NCBI GenBank assembly: GCA_050248855.1
Contig: JBFWRP010000005.1
Location: 32,001-96,000 of the forward strand
Direction: 5' to 3'
Length of the DNA stretch: 64,000 bases
From: Planctomycetota bacterium
Lineage (GTDB): Bacteria > Planctomycetota > PLA2 > JAEUHO01
Position 1 is the stretch's first letter. Each line of letters opens with the position of its first letter. Shown one piece after another: positions 18,259 through 27,642 of this stretch. Both the position numbers and the translations under genes were made by a program. Under the pieces are notes generated by a model that was not told the origin of the DNA, searched no databases, and worked only from the letters and a program-made list of their open reading frames with translations.

Positions 18259-19172
18259 CCGCGCAGGCGACTGACGCGATGTCGCCTCGGCCCATGGCCC
18301 GCGTCCGCTCCATGACCGGTGCCGCGACAGCCTCCAAGGACGTCGCCGGGGGCCGCCTCGATCTCGAGGTCCGCTCCGTCAACCACCGCTTCCTCAAGGT
18401 GGGCGTGCGCGTAGAGGGCCGGCTACCCCGCGTGGAGCCGCTGGCCGAAGCGGCAGCCAAGGCGCACCTCGAGCGGGGCCACGTGTCCTACGGTCTGCGG
18501 CTGGCGTCCCCGGGGGGCCCCTCGCTGGCGTCCCTGGACGAGGCCGCGTTCGCCGAGGCCGCCGCGACGTTGAGGCGCTTGGCCACGATGCATGGCCTGG
18601 AGACCGTCAGCGTGCGCGACGTGCTCCAGGTGCCCGGCGTACTGCGTGGGGCCGGCGAGCCGGACGAGGCCCTGGAACCTGCGATCGCCGCGCTGCTCGA
18701 CGAAGGGACGCGAGCCCTCGTCGTCAGCCGCGAGCGCGAAGGCCAGGCGCTGGCAGGGGCGCTCGGAGCGCATCTGGATCGCATCGCGGAGCTGGTCGGC
18801 GAGCTGACGGCGCGCGCCGATGCCGTGCCCGAGGCGCTTCGTGCGCGTGTCCGCGAGCGCGTCGAGGTGCTTCTCGAGGGCACCGGCACCAGCCTCGATG
18901 CAGGCCAGCTCGAGCGGGAGATCGCCTGGCTCGCCGACCGCGCCGACGTCCGGGAGGAGCTGGCACGGCTGGAGGCCCACGTCGGCCACGCGCGCGACTT
19001 GCTCTCCGAGGGCGGCGCGATCGGCAAGCGACTGGACTTCCTCGCGCAGGAGCTGCTGCGCGAGGTGAACACGGTCGGCAGCAAGACGCCCGACCTCGCG
19101 TCCACGCACCATGTCCTGGCGCTCAAGACCGAGGTGGAGCGCCTGCGCGAGCAGGTCCAGAACGTGGAGTAG
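18255..19172 (+). CDS. yicC: YicC family endoribonuclease
   Basis: VRSMTG, EVRSVNHRFL, DVREELARL, GKRLDFLAQE..REVNTVGSK, REQVQNVE; start may be 18279 or 18294. Confidence 0.92.
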   Translation: MTAQATDAMSPRPMARVRSMTGAATASKDVAGGRLDLEVRSVNHRFLKVGVRVEGRLPRVEPLAEAAAKAHLERGHVSYGLRLASPGGPSLASLDEAAFAEAAATLRRLATMHGLETVSVRDVLQVPGVLRGAGEPDEALEPAIAALLDEGTRALVVSREREGQALAGALGAHLDRIAELVGELTARADAVPEALRARVRERVEVLLEGTGTSLDAGQLEREIAWLADRADVREELARLEAHVGHARDLLSEGGAIGKRLDFLAQELLREVNTVGSKTPDLASTHHVLALKTEVERLREQVQNVE

Positions 19173-19180
19173 CGCCCGCG

Positions 19181-19789
19181 ATGTCGCGCGCCCCAGCCTC
19201 TCCCTACCCGTTCCTGCTCGTGGTGAGCGGCCCCAGCGGTGCGGGCAAGACGAGCCTCGCCCGCATGCTGTTGGAGCGGGATGCTCGCTTCGCCCGTGCC
19301 GTCACGGCCACGACACGCGCCCCGCGCGGCGACGAGCGCCATGGCGTCCACTACCACTTCCTCGACCCCGCGACCTTCGAGGCGGGCGTGGAAGAGGGCG
19401 CGTTCCTCGAGCACGCCGAGGTCTACGGCCATCGCTACGGCACGCCGCGAGCGAGCGTCGAGACCGTCCTCGCGGCGGGGCGCCTGGGCCTGCTCGTGGT
19501 GGACGTCCAGGGGGTCCGGAACCTGCGCGCCGTCCTGGCCGGCGCGCCCTGGCCCGTGCACTTCGTGTTCGTCCGGACACCCGACTTGGCCACGCTCGAG
19601 GCGCGCCTGGCGGCCCGCGGCGAGGACGATGCGGCCACCATCGCCCGGCGGCTGGAGGAGGCCCGGGTCGAGGAGGCCGAGGCCCCGACCTTCGACCTCG
19701 TCGTGGTCAACGACGACCTCGAATCGGCGTTCGGGAGGCTCGAAGAGGCCGTCCAGGGATGGACGGAGGCCCCGCCGCGGGCACACTGA
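19181..19789 (+). CDS. gmk: Guanylate kinase
   Basis: SGPSGAGKT, TTRAPRGDE..GVHYHF, FLEHAEVYGHRYGT. Confidence 0.95.
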   Translation: MSRAPASPYPFLLVVSGPSGAGKTSLARMLLERDARFARAVTATTRAPRGDERHGVHYHFLDPATFEAGVEEGAFLEHAEVYGHRYGTPRASVETVLAAGRLGLLVVDVQGVRNLRAVLAGAPWPVHFVFVRTPDLATLEARLAARGEDDAATIARRLEEARVEEAEAPTFDLVVVNDDLESAFGRLEEAVQGWTEAPPRAH

Positions 19790-19829
19790 ACGGTTGCCGG
19801 GGGGACTTCCTCCCGGCCTGGAGGACGCC

Positions 19830-20036
19830 ATGGAAGAGAAGATCCGCATCTTGGACGAGCTCGAAGAGCGCGTGGGCGGACGGTTCTCCCTGACGGCCCT
19901 CCTGCAAAAGCGCGTGCGCGAGCTCGTCGCCGGAGCACCGCGCCTGGTCGAGAGCAAGTCCGACAACCCGATCGACATCGCCATCGAGGAAGTGCGCGCG
20001 GGCAAGATCGAGCTGGTCCCCGAGGATGCAGACTGA
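19830..20036 (+). CDS. rpoZ: RNA polymerase omega subunit
   Basis: ATG at 19830 after GGAGGA; VGGRFSLTALLQKRVREL..PIDIAIEE..GKI; lies between gmk and coaC. Confidence 0.9.
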   Translation: MEEKIRILDELEERVGGRFSLTALLQKRVRELVAGAPRLVESKSDNPIDIAIEEVRAGKIELVPEDAD

Positions 20037-20619
20037 CCCGCGCATGACCCGCGTCGTCGTGGCCGTAGGCGGCAGCATCGCCGCCTACAAGGCCTGCGAT
20101 CTCGTCTCCAAGCTCGTGCAAACACGGATCACGGTCGACGTGGTCCTCTCGCGCAACGCCCTGAGGTTCGTGCAGCCCCTCGCGTTTGCGGCCCTCACCC
20201 ATCGCCCGACGTTCACCGACGAGCGCCTCTGGGACGATCGCCTGGGCGAAGGCGGCCCGGCCAAGCACCTGCGCATCACCGAGCAGGCCGACCTGCTCGT
20301 CGTGGCGCCGGCCACCGCCGACTTGATCGGCAAGATGGCCAACGGCATCGCCGACGAGATCGTCTCCACGACCTACCTCGGCGCGGCGTGCCCCGTCCTG
20401 GTGGCGCCCGCCATGAACCACCGCATGTGGGCCAGTCCCCGCGTGCAGGCCAACCTCGAGGTCTTGAAGGGCGACGGGGTCGAGGTCGTCGGCCCCGTCA
20501 CGGGCTGGCTCGCCGAGGGCGAGCACGGCATGGGCCGGATGGAGGAGCCCGAGCTGATCCGGGCCGCCATCGCGGCACGCCTGCTCGAGCGTGGCGGCAC
20601 GCCGGCGGCGGAAACGTAG
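20026..20619 (+). CDS. coaC: Phosphopantothenoylcysteine decarboxylase (CoaC domain only)
   Basis: GGSIAAYKA, VAPATAD.IGKMANGIADE, APAMNHRMW, GMGRMEEPE; no CoaB domain follows. Confidence 0.88.
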   Translation: MQTDPRMTRVVVAVGGSIAAYKACDLVSKLVQTRITVDVVLSRNALRFVQPLAFAALTHRPTFTDERLWDDRLGEGGPAKHLRITEQADLLVVAPATADLIGKMANGIADEIVSTTYLGAACPVLVAPAMNHRMWASPRVQANLEVLKGDGVEVVGPVTGWLAEGEHGMGRMEEPELIRAAIAARLLERGGTPAAET

Positions 20620-20716
20620 GCACCACGTAGCCCGCCCGCCGCCCTCCGGGGCGCCGCCGGCCGGATCCGCCGCCGCCCTGAATCGACAGGGGCCCTCGCC
20701 CGATCCATGCGCCTGT

Positions 20717-23158
20717 ATGGCCGCACGATCCACCTCTGCCGCCGCGAGCAAGAGCCGCGCGCGGACCCGTAGTCCTGCCGTCGAGGCGGAGCCCATCGGC
20801 CTCGAGCTGATCGGCTTGGCCCTCGGTCTGGCCTCCTTGCTGTTGTTGGCGGCATTGGCGACCCAGGCTCCCGCGTCCGCGGGCGGGGGCTGGCGCAACG
20901 CCGTCGGAGCGACGGGTCGCGTGGTCGCGCAGGCGCTGACGGGGGCGCTGGGCCTCGGGGCGCTGGCCGCACCGATCTTCGGCCTGACCTGGGCGATCGC
21001 CTGCCTGCGCGGGCGGCCGCCTGGACGCTGGGCGCTCAAGGCCGCCCTGCTGCCCGTCGCGATGGCCCTCGTGGCCGTGCTGGCGGCCCTGCTCTTCGAG
21101 CGGCTGCACCTGCCGGGCGTCGACCGCTACGGACCCGGGGGCTACTTCGGCCTCGCGCTGGGCACCGCGCTGTATGACGTGATCGGACCGTCCTCGAGCC
21201 TCGTGCTCGCCGTCGGTCTGCTCGCGGTCGGGGCGTTGCTCGTGGACTTGTCCATCTCCGGCGTCGCGCGGGGCGTCCTGTCCCGCGCCGGCTCCCCGTC
21301 CACCGCGAAGACCTCGCGCAAGGCCAAGCCGCGCCGCGCTCGCGAGGCCGACGAAGTCACGAGCGAAGACGAGACGTGGGACGACGCGGAGGACGAGGAC
21401 GAGGAGGGCGACGAGGAGTACGACGAGGACGAGTACGAAGACGACGAGGAGTGGGACGAGGAGGACGAAGACGACGAGGAGGACGAGGACGACGAGGCGG
21501 AGGCCGAGGACGACGACGATCCCGCGCGTGCGGAGGCGGCGGCCCGGCGGGCCGCGGCCCGCGAGCGCCGCGAGCTGCCTCCGGTCCCCCGCGACAAGAA
21601 GCCCTGGAAGCCCAAGGGCAAGTACGTCCCGCCCCCCATCGAGCTCCTGGCCTGCGGCAAGTCCGTCGAGGAGGCCAACGTCAAGGAGGAGGTCGAGGCC
21701 CGCGCCGACACCCTCGAGGAGACGCTCCGGGCCTTCCGGATCGAGGCCAAGGTGGTCAGCTACCGCCGCGGCCCGGTCATCACGTTCTACGAGGTCCAGG
21801 TGCCGCCGGGCGTGGCGGGCAGCCAGGTCGCCAAGCGCGCCGACGACATCGGCCGGGCGCTCAAGGTCGGCAAGGTCCGCGTCGTCACGAACATGCGCGG
21901 CTTGGACACGATCGGCATCGAGGTAGGCAACGAGCAGCGCGACGACGTGACGCTGCGTGACTTGCTCGAGGAGTCGGGGCCCAAGATCGACCGTCTCGAG
22001 ATCCCGCTGCTGCTCGGCCGCGACACGTCGGGACGCCCCGTCGTGGAGGATCTGGCCAAGATGCCGCACTGCTTGATCGCAGGCGCCACGGGCGCGGGCA
22101 AGAGCGTGTGCATCAACTCCGTGCTGCAGTCGATCCTGTTCACGCGCGGGCCCGACGAGGTCAACCTGATCCTCGTGGACCCCAAGCAGGTCGAGCTGGC
22201 CTCCTACGAGGGCATCCCGCACTTGGCCACGGGCGTCGAGACCGACCCCAAGCGGGCCGGCAAGATCCTGCAGTGGGCCGTGGAGCGGATGGAGGAGCGC
22301 TACCACCAGCTCAAGTGCACGGGCGTGCGCAACGTCAAGGGCTACAACGACCTGCCCGCGGCCCGGCGCGCAGCCTCCCGCGAGCGCCACGGGATGGACG
22401 AGGAGACGCTGCCCGACCGCCTGCCCTACATCGTGATCGTGGTCGACGAAATGGCCGACCTCATCATGACGGGCGGCAAGGACGTCGAGCTGGCCATCAC
22501 CCGCTTGGCGCAGAAGAGCCGCGCGGTCGGCATCCACCTGATCCTGGCCACGCAGCGCCCCGAGCGCACCGTCATCACGGGCCTCATCAAGGCCAACATG
22601 CCGACGCGCATCGCCTTCACCGTGTCGAGCAAGCTCGACAGCCGCGTCGTGCTCGACCAGAACGGCGCCGAGGCCCTGCTCGGCATGGGCGACATGCTCT
22701 TCCTCTCGCCGCGCAGCATGTTCCCGATCCGCGGCCAGGGCGCGCTGGTCACCGACGACGAGGTGCTCGAGGTCGTGCAGGACCTCAAGAACAAGTACCC
22801 GGACGTCGAGTACCAGGACCTGCTCAAGCAGCAGCAACAGACGCAGGGCGATCCCATGGCCCGCGACGAGCTCTACAACGACGCCGTGCGGCTCGTGCTC
22901 TCCAAGAAGCTCGGTAGCGCCAGCATGCTCCAGCGCTGCATGGGCATCGGCTACACACGGGCCTCGCGGCTCATCGAGATGATGGAGGAGCAGGGCGTGG
23001 TGGGCCCCCACCAGGGCAGCAAGGCGCGCGAGCTCTACGTGGACCTGGACGAGTGGGAGGCCGACCTGGCCGCCCGCGGCCCGGCCGAGAGCCCGGAAGG
23101 CCCGACGGCCGAGTACGACCACGACGACCCGCCCGCCGTCGACACCAGCTGGGACTAG
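20717..23158 (+). CDS. ftsK: DNA translocase FtsK
   Basis: N-terminal TM region, acidic linker, HCLIAGATGAGKS, VDPKQVEL, VVDEMADL, ATQRP, GAEALLGMGDML, C-terminal gamma domain. Confidence 0.96.
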   Translation: MAARSTSAAASKSRARTRSPAVEAEPIGLELIGLALGLASLLLLAALATQAPASAGGGWRNAVGATGRVVAQALTGALGLGALAAPIFGLTWAIACLRGRPPGRWALKAALLPVAMALVAVLAALLFERLHLPGVDRYGPGGYFGLALGTALYDVIGPSSSLVLAVGLLAVGALLVDLSISGVARGVLSRAGSPSTAKTSRKAKPRRAREADEVTSEDETWDDAEDEDEEGDEEYDEDEYEDDEEWDEEDEDDEEDEDDEAEAEDDDDPARAEAAARRAAARERRELPPVPRDKKPWKPKGKYVPPPIELLACGKSVEEANVKEEVEARADTLEETLRAFRIEAKVVSYRRGPVITFYEVQVPPGVAGSQVAKRADDIGRALKVGKVRVVTNMRGLDTIGIEVGNEQRDDVTLRDLLEESGPKIDRLEIPLLLGRDTSGRPVVEDLAKMPHCLIAGATGAGKSVCINSVLQSILFTRGPDEVNLILVDPKQVELASYEGIPHLATGVETDPKRAGKILQWAVERMEERYHQLKCTGVRNVKGYNDLPAARRAASRERHGMDEETLPDRLPYIVIVVDEMADLIMTGGKDVELAITRLAQKSRAVGIHLILATQRPERTVITGLIKANMPTRIAFTVSSKLDSRVVLDQNGAEALLGMGDMLFLSPRSMFPIRGQGALVTDDEVLEVVQDLKNKYPDVEYQDLLKQQQQTQGDPMARDELYNDAVRLVLSKKLGSASMLQRCMGIGYTRASRLIEMMEEQGVVGPHQGSKARELYVDLDEWEADLAARGPAESPEGPTAEYDHDDPPAVDTSWD

Positions 23159-23372
23159 AGGTGTCGCTACTGCCCGGCGTGGGGAGGTGCGGCTCGCCAG
23201 ATGCTCGGCCGCGCACCACCATCGGCTCCTCGAGTGAACAGACCACGAGTCGTCGCCGATGGTGGCGCGCTGCCGTCGCCCTGACGACCCGATCCGCGTC
23301 GTAGGCCCAGAAGGCCGGGCCCACGCGGACTCGGCCACGAAGATCCGCCCGCCGTCGACACTAGCTGGGACT
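23119..23372 (+). repeat. Direct repeat of the ftsK 3' end (23119-23156 vs 23335-23372, 35/38 identical)
   Basis: CCACGACGACCCGCCCGCCGTCGACACCAGCTGGGACT vs CCACGAAGATCCGCCCGCCGTCGACACTAGCTGGGACT; GCCC(G/A)GAAGGCC is also shared upstream. Confidence 0.9.
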
Positions 23373-23551
23373 GGCCGGCGGTGCCGGGCTCCTCCGCGTG
23401 CCGAGCCAGGCCCCCCGCACCCTTCAGCGCCCGTTGGGCAGGTCCGATCCAGCGGTACGGGGCGGCGTGCCGATCCGGCGGCGCGTCGTGCCCCCGTTCG
23501 GGGCGACTCCCCCCCTGTTCCGTGGGGGAGTCGTCCATTAGGGTCTTGCCG

Positions 23552-25522
23552 ATGCAGTCGGTCTTGCGACTCCTGCCTTCGTTCCTCGGGCCGGGACTGC
23601 TCCTCTTCCTCGTCTCCGTCCAGATCGCATGCGGCATGGACGGCTTCGAGTCCGGAGGCGGTCTTCTCGGCTTGCTCGAGGTGCCTGGCGTCCTCCTCGG
23701 CTGGGGCGGCGTCGCGTTGTTGCTGCCTCTGTTGACGTGGCTGCTGCTCGACTGGTGGGGCTACTCCCCCAGCGGCTTCGCGCTCAAGAGCCTCGGTGGC
23801 CTGGCGCTGGGGATCGCGGTCGGCGGGCTCGGCGGCCTGATGGGCGGGAAGGCCGGCGGCGGCCTGGTGGGCGCCGACCTCGCGGCCATGCTCGCGGACA
23901 ACCTCGGCTCGGCGTTTGCGATCTTCGCGCTGCTCTTGATGGCCGTGCCCGCGGGCATCCTCTCCTTCGCCAAGCTCGGCGTCGGCACCGGGCGCAGCGT
24001 CGCGCCCAGCTCGACCACCACGCCAGCTCGCCCGCGCCGGGAGGCCCACGCGCCCAGCTCCGGCGATGGGCCGGCCGCCGGCGCCTCGGCTTGGCTCAGC
24101 GGGCTCGCAGCGCGCATGCCGCGTCGACGACCCAAGGTCACGACGGATCTCGAAGCGCTGGCGCGACGCAACGCGGGCGGCCGCGCGCGCTACCCACGGC
24201 AGCAGTTCGACGACCAGGGCAACGAGCTGCCCATGGCCTTCGAGGGCTCGCGCGACGTCGGCGTCATCCGGTTCGCGGACGGCAGCGAGCCCGATCCGGC
24301 CGCGGCCCCGGCCCGCGTGTCGCCGCCACGCTCCGCGCCCGTCGCACGCGACGACGGTCTGCCCACGCTCCGCGACGTCCTCTCGGGCCAAGCCGACGTG
24401 CCCGCGTCGACCGCCGGGGACGAGGCCGGCGGTGGGCTCGAAGCCGGGGCCGAGCCGGGCGAAGCCGGCGACGACACGGACGCGATGGGCGCGGCCTCGT
24501 CCGACGAGCCCACCTACGACGACATCGAGAGCGAGTTCGACGAGGAAGACGGCCCGATCCACGTGGACGCCCACGGCCGCCCCGTGCCCCGCCCCAAGCC
24601 CACGGCCGGGCGGCCCGCGGAGCCCGCGAACACGAGCAAGGTCCGCGGGCGCCCCGCGCGAGGGCCGGAGCTTCGCGACTCGCGCGACGACGCGCCTGCG
24701 GCCGACGTCGTCCACCTGCCCGAGGCCGGGCCGCCCGCGAGCGTGCTGCTCGCGCGCGACCGTACGCAGAACGACGCCGAGGCACTGCCGCCGGGCGTGC
24801 GCTTCGCCGACGAGCCGGCGCCCGCCCCCACCGAGGAAACGTCCGGGCCTGCGCGCCGTCCCTCCCTGTCGGCGGAGGCCTCGACCCCACGGAGCACGAC
24901 GTCCGCGCCTGCCCCGACAGCCCCTGAGGCCGCCGGAGAACCGGTGCTGGAGGCCTTGAAGGGCACCACCGCGCAACGCGTGGCGATCCAGAAGGCGGAG
25001 GCCCGCGACCCCGAGACGCGCGCCGAGGAGATGCGCGCCGTTCGCAGCAGCGTGCGTCGCACCCTGGCGCCGGTCACCGACGAAGGCGCCGACCCGGTGC
25101 ACCTGCGCAAGCTCGAGGCCTGCGGTCTGTTCGAGCCGACGACTGCCCCGGGCAGCAGGGGGTCGTCGCCGCCGAGCGGCGCGGCCCCGACCGCGCCCCT
25201 CGCCTCCTGGGCGGCCAAGGCGGATCGCGTGGCCGAGTCGGGGCCCCGCGTCGAGGCCGCACGTCTGGCCGCCCAGAAGGCGCTCGTCCACGAGCTCAAG
25301 GGCGAAGGGCGCGACCCGCTGTTCGCCGACGCCGTCGAGGTCGCCCTCTCCAGCGGGGCCGTGTCCGCCGCCCTTCTCGCGCGCCGCCTCGCCACCAGCC
25401 AGGAGCGGGCGCGCGAGCTGCTCCGGCGCCTCTTGGCCACCGACGTGGTCGGCGCGCCGGGCCCCTCGGGCACCTGCGCCACGGTGCTGACGCGCACCGT
25501 GTGGGACGAGATCCGGGGCTGA
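23552..25522 (+). CDS. FtsK-like protein: TM domain, disordered linker and gamma-like winged helix, no ATPase motor
   Basis: TM region resembles FtsK N-terminus; C-terminal RDPLFADAVEVALSSGAVSAALLARRL..VVG aligns with the neighbouring FtsK gamma domain; no Walker A/B. Confidence 0.7.
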   Translation: MQSVLRLLPSFLGPGLLLFLVSVQIACGMDGFESGGGLLGLLEVPGVLLGWGGVALLLPLLTWLLLDWWGYSPSGFALKSLGGLALGIAVGGLGGLMGGKAGGGLVGADLAAMLADNLGSAFAIFALLLMAVPAGILSFAKLGVGTGRSVAPSSTTTPARPRREAHAPSSGDGPAAGASAWLSGLAARMPRRRPKVTTDLEALARRNAGGRARYPRQQFDDQGNELPMAFEGSRDVGVIRFADGSEPDPAAAPARVSPPRSAPVARDDGLPTLRDVLSGQADVPASTAGDEAGGGLEAGAEPGEAGDDTDAMGAASSDEPTYDDIESEFDEEDGPIHVDAHGRPVPRPKPTAGRPAEPANTSKVRGRPARGPELRDSRDDAPAADVVHLPEAGPPASVLLARDRTQNDAEALPPGVRFADEPAPAPTEETSGPARRPSLSAEASTPRSTTSAPAPTAPEAAGEPVLEALKGTTAQRVAIQKAEARDPETRAEEMRAVRSSVRRTLAPVTDEGADPVHLRKLEACGLFEPTTAPGSRGSSPPSGAAPTAPLASWAAKADRVAESGPRVEAARLAAQKALVHELKGEGRDPLFADAVEVALSSGAVSAALLARRLATSQERARELLRRLLATDVVGAPGPSGTCATVLTRTVWDEIRG

Positions 25523-25597
25523 CCGCGAGGCCCCACAGGGCGCACACGCTCGGGAATCTTGGGCACGCGGCCCGGCCCCTCCCGTGGGATGGAAGGG

Positions 25598-26977
25598 ATG
25601 CCCGCCCCCGTGACCACCCCGACCGCGCGCTTGGCCCTGCTCTCGCTCGGCTGCGCCAAGAACCTCGTGGACAGCGAGCGGCTCGTCGGTGCCTTGACCG
25701 GTGCGGGCTTCGAGCTGGTCGAGCGGCTCGACGGCGCCGACCTCGCGCTCGTCAACACGTGCGGGTTCATCGAGGCCGCCAAGGAAGAGTCGATCGACAC
25801 GATCCTCCAGGTCGCCCGCCACAAGGAGTTCGGCCGGCTGCGCGGGCTGCTCGTGGCCGGCTGCCTCGTCGAGCGCTACCGCGAGGAGCTGGCTCGCGAG
25901 ATCCCCGAAGTCGATCGCTGGCTCGGCTTCGAGGACTACGCGCGCATCGTCAGCACCGCGCGCGAGCTCCTGGCCCTCCCGGCCGTTCGCGAGCTGCCGC
26001 CGCCGCGCGTGCTGTTGACGCCCACGGCTTACGCCTACCTGAAGATCTCGGAGGGCTGCGACCAGAAGTGCGCGTTCTGTGCGATCCCCTCGTTCCGCGG
26101 CCGCTTGGCCAGCCGCACGATCGAGGAGAACGTGGCCGACGCGCGCACGATCGCGGAGCGGGGTGTCGGCGAGATCGACATCGTCAGCCAAGACACCACG
26201 GCCTACGGCCGCGATCTCTACGGCAAGCCGCGGCTCGCGGACCTCCTGCGCGAGCTCACGCGGATCGACGGTCCGCGCTGGTGGCGCGTGCTGTACCTCT
26301 ACCCCACGACGCTGCGCGACGACGTGCTGGACGAGATGGCGTCCAACGACCGCATCGCCAAGTACGTCGACATGCCGATCCAGCACGTGAGCGACCGCAT
26401 GCTCAAGGCCATGCGGCGCGGCATCAGCGGCCCCAAGCAGCGCGCCCTGCTCGAGCGCATCCGCGAGCGGATCCCCGGTGTGGCGCTGCGCACCACGTTG
26501 ATCACGGGTTTCCCCGGCGAGACGGACGCCGACCACCAGGAGGTCCTCGACACCGTACGGGAAGGCTGGTTCGACCGCCTGGGGGTGTTCACGTACAGCC
26601 CGGAGGAGGGCACGGCGGCCTACGACCGACCCGATCCGGTGCCCGAGGCGTTGATGGCAGAGCGTCGCGACGAGATCATGGCCGCCCAGCGGGAGGTCCA
26701 CCATGCCCGCAACGCCGCGAAGGTCGGACGCGAGATCGAGGTACTCGTCGAGCGCCACGAGCCGCTCACGCGCCGCGCGTTCGGTCGTACCGAGCACGAT
26801 GCCCCAGACGTGGACGGATCGGTGCGGGTGACGGGCGTGGAGCATGCCCGCCCGGGTGCCGTGCTCCGCGTACGCGTGACCGCTTCGGAGGGCTACGACC
26901 TCGTCGCGGAGGCGCTGGGCACCGCCTCGACGCCGCCGCCGGGAAGCGCTCCCGCGGGCGGCCAGCCCGTACAGTAG
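25598..26977 (+). CDS. rimO: Ribosomal protein S12 methylthiotransferase RimO
   Basis: SLGCAKNLVDSE, VNTCGFIEAAKEES, YLKISEGCDQKCAFCAIP, YLYP, TRAM domain APDVDG. Confidence 0.93.
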   Translation: MPAPVTTPTARLALLSLGCAKNLVDSERLVGALTGAGFELVERLDGADLALVNTCGFIEAAKEESIDTILQVARHKEFGRLRGLLVAGCLVERYREELAREIPEVDRWLGFEDYARIVSTARELLALPAVRELPPPRVLLTPTAYAYLKISEGCDQKCAFCAIPSFRGRLASRTIEENVADARTIAERGVGEIDIVSQDTTAYGRDLYGKPRLADLLRELTRIDGPRWWRVLYLYPTTLRDDVLDEMASNDRIAKYVDMPIQHVSDRMLKAMRRGISGPKQRALLERIRERIPGVALRTTLITGFPGETDADHQEVLDTVREGWFDRLGVFTYSPEEGTAAYDRPDPVPEALMAERRDEIMAAQREVHHARNAAKVGREIEVLVERHEPLTRRAFGRTEHDAPDVDGSVRVTGVEHARPGAVLRVRVTASEGYDLVAEALGTASTPPPGSAPAGGQPVQ

Positions 26978-27018
26978 GAGCGGCCTCGCCAGGGAGCGCG
27001 GCGAAAGGAGCGGGCAAG

Positions 27019-27642
27019 GTGAGGGGCCTCGGTCTGGCGAACCAGGTCACGATGGCGCGCGCCCTCGCGACGCTGGCCGTGTGGGTGCTCCTCGTCCTGG
27101 GGGGCAGCTCGCCCTCGACGACGCTCGTGGTCGTCACCTTCATCGTGTTCACGGCCGCGGCGGCCACGGACTTCCTCGACGGCATGCTGGCGCGGCGCAC
27201 GGCCACGGTCAGCGTGTTCGGCCGCATCGCCGACCCGCTCGTGGACAAGATGCTGACCATCGGCACGCTGATCGTGGTGCAGGGTCAGCCCGCCGCGCAG
27301 GCCATCGTGCCGCCCTGGATGGTGGCCGTGATGCTGGTCCGCGAGCTGCTCGTGACGGCGCTCCGCGCGCAGGTGGAGAACGGCGGCGGCAACTTCCAGG
27401 CGGCCTGGGTCGGCAAGTGGAAGATGATCCTGCAGGCCATCGCGGCGGGCGCGGCGATCCTCGCACCGTGGGCAACGTCGTGGACGCACGCGCTCGTGCC
27501 GGGCTTCGATGCGCTGCCGGGCGGCGCCTCCACGTGGAAGCTCGGCCACCTGCTGGCGTGGGCCGCGTTGCTCCTGACGGTCATCTCGCTCGTGCCGTAC
27601 GTGCGCCGCGCCGTCCGGGCGCTGGCACCCCGCGAGTCGTGA
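27019..27642 (+). CDS. pgsA: CDP-diacylglycerol--glycerol-3-phosphate 3-phosphatidyltransferase
   Basis: GTG after AAGGAG; ANQVT..R, TDFLDGMLARR..FGRIADPLVDK, RELLVTALR, GKWKM. Confidence 0.9.
   Translation: MRGLGLANQVTMARALATLAVWVLLVLGGSSPSTTLVVVTFIVFTAAAATDFLDGMLARRTATVSVFGRIADPLVDKMLTIGTLIVVQGQPAAQAIVPPWMVAVMLVRELLVTALRAQVENGGGNFQAAWVGKWKMILQAIAAGAAILAPWATSWTHALVPGFDALPGGASTWKLGHLLAWAALLLTVISLVPYVRRAVRALAPRES

Noticed and set aside
20026..20619. coaBC as a truncated pseudogene
   Set aside because: The CoaC domain is complete with a clean stop; split coaC/coaB genes are known
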